64,000 nucleotides of DNA from an uncultured Peptococcaceae bacterium (GTDB lineage Bacteria; Bacillota; Peptococcia; Peptococcales; Peptococcaceae): positions 6,756 to 70,755 of the forward strand of contig CABUKW010000003.1 in assembly GCA_902492275.1 (NCBI GenBank), written 5' to 3'. A program made the position numbers and the translations under genes. The notes under the pieces were generated by a model. That model had not been told where the DNA came from. It worked only from the letters and a program-made list of their open reading frames with translations, and made no database searches. Shown here in pieces: positions 63,991 to 64,000 of this stretch. Position 1 is the first letter of the stretch; each line of letters begins with the position of its first letter.

Positions 63991-64000
63991 TTTTTGCGCG

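Overview
Chromosomal segment with Firmicutes-type gene content (Clostridia/Negativicutes-like: Soj/Spo0J, trimeric [FeFe]-hydrogenase, DegV, YhgE/Pip, an SLH-domain protein). It holds about 60 genes, mostly on the + strand. The main non-genic signal is an array of 16 copies of the canonical ParB-binding parS palindrome TGTTTCACGTGAAACA: 14 perfect and 2 with one mismatch. The array spans 4.0-32.2 kb, with eight copies on each side of a parA-parB operon (19.4-21.0 kb). I saw none in the other 32 kb. The 16-bp core sits inside a longer conserved palindrome (ttgcaaa-core-tttgcaa, often with an A-run on one side and a T-run on the other). This element marks almost every operon boundary from 16.5 to 32.2 kb. 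It occurs once inside the copA reading frame and three times inside a ~250-bp near-identical module that separates unrelated small genes in a cassette-like array (4.5-6.4 kb) next to a Rep_trans gene. Other content: a csoR-copA copper operon with its operator, a Phd antitoxin with a decayed RelE toxin, a HicB module, and motifs that match the Noc-binding site at 15/16 positions. There is also a DnaA-box cluster at 47.6 kb, a visibly AT-rich probable island (34.6-43.8 kb), a glycine riboswitch ahead of an alanine/glycine:cation symporter, an ECF sigma/anti-sigma pair and crcB. I recognised no rRNA, tRNA, CRISPR array, transposase or integrase. All functional calls come from reading the translations and motifs by eye; no database search was run.
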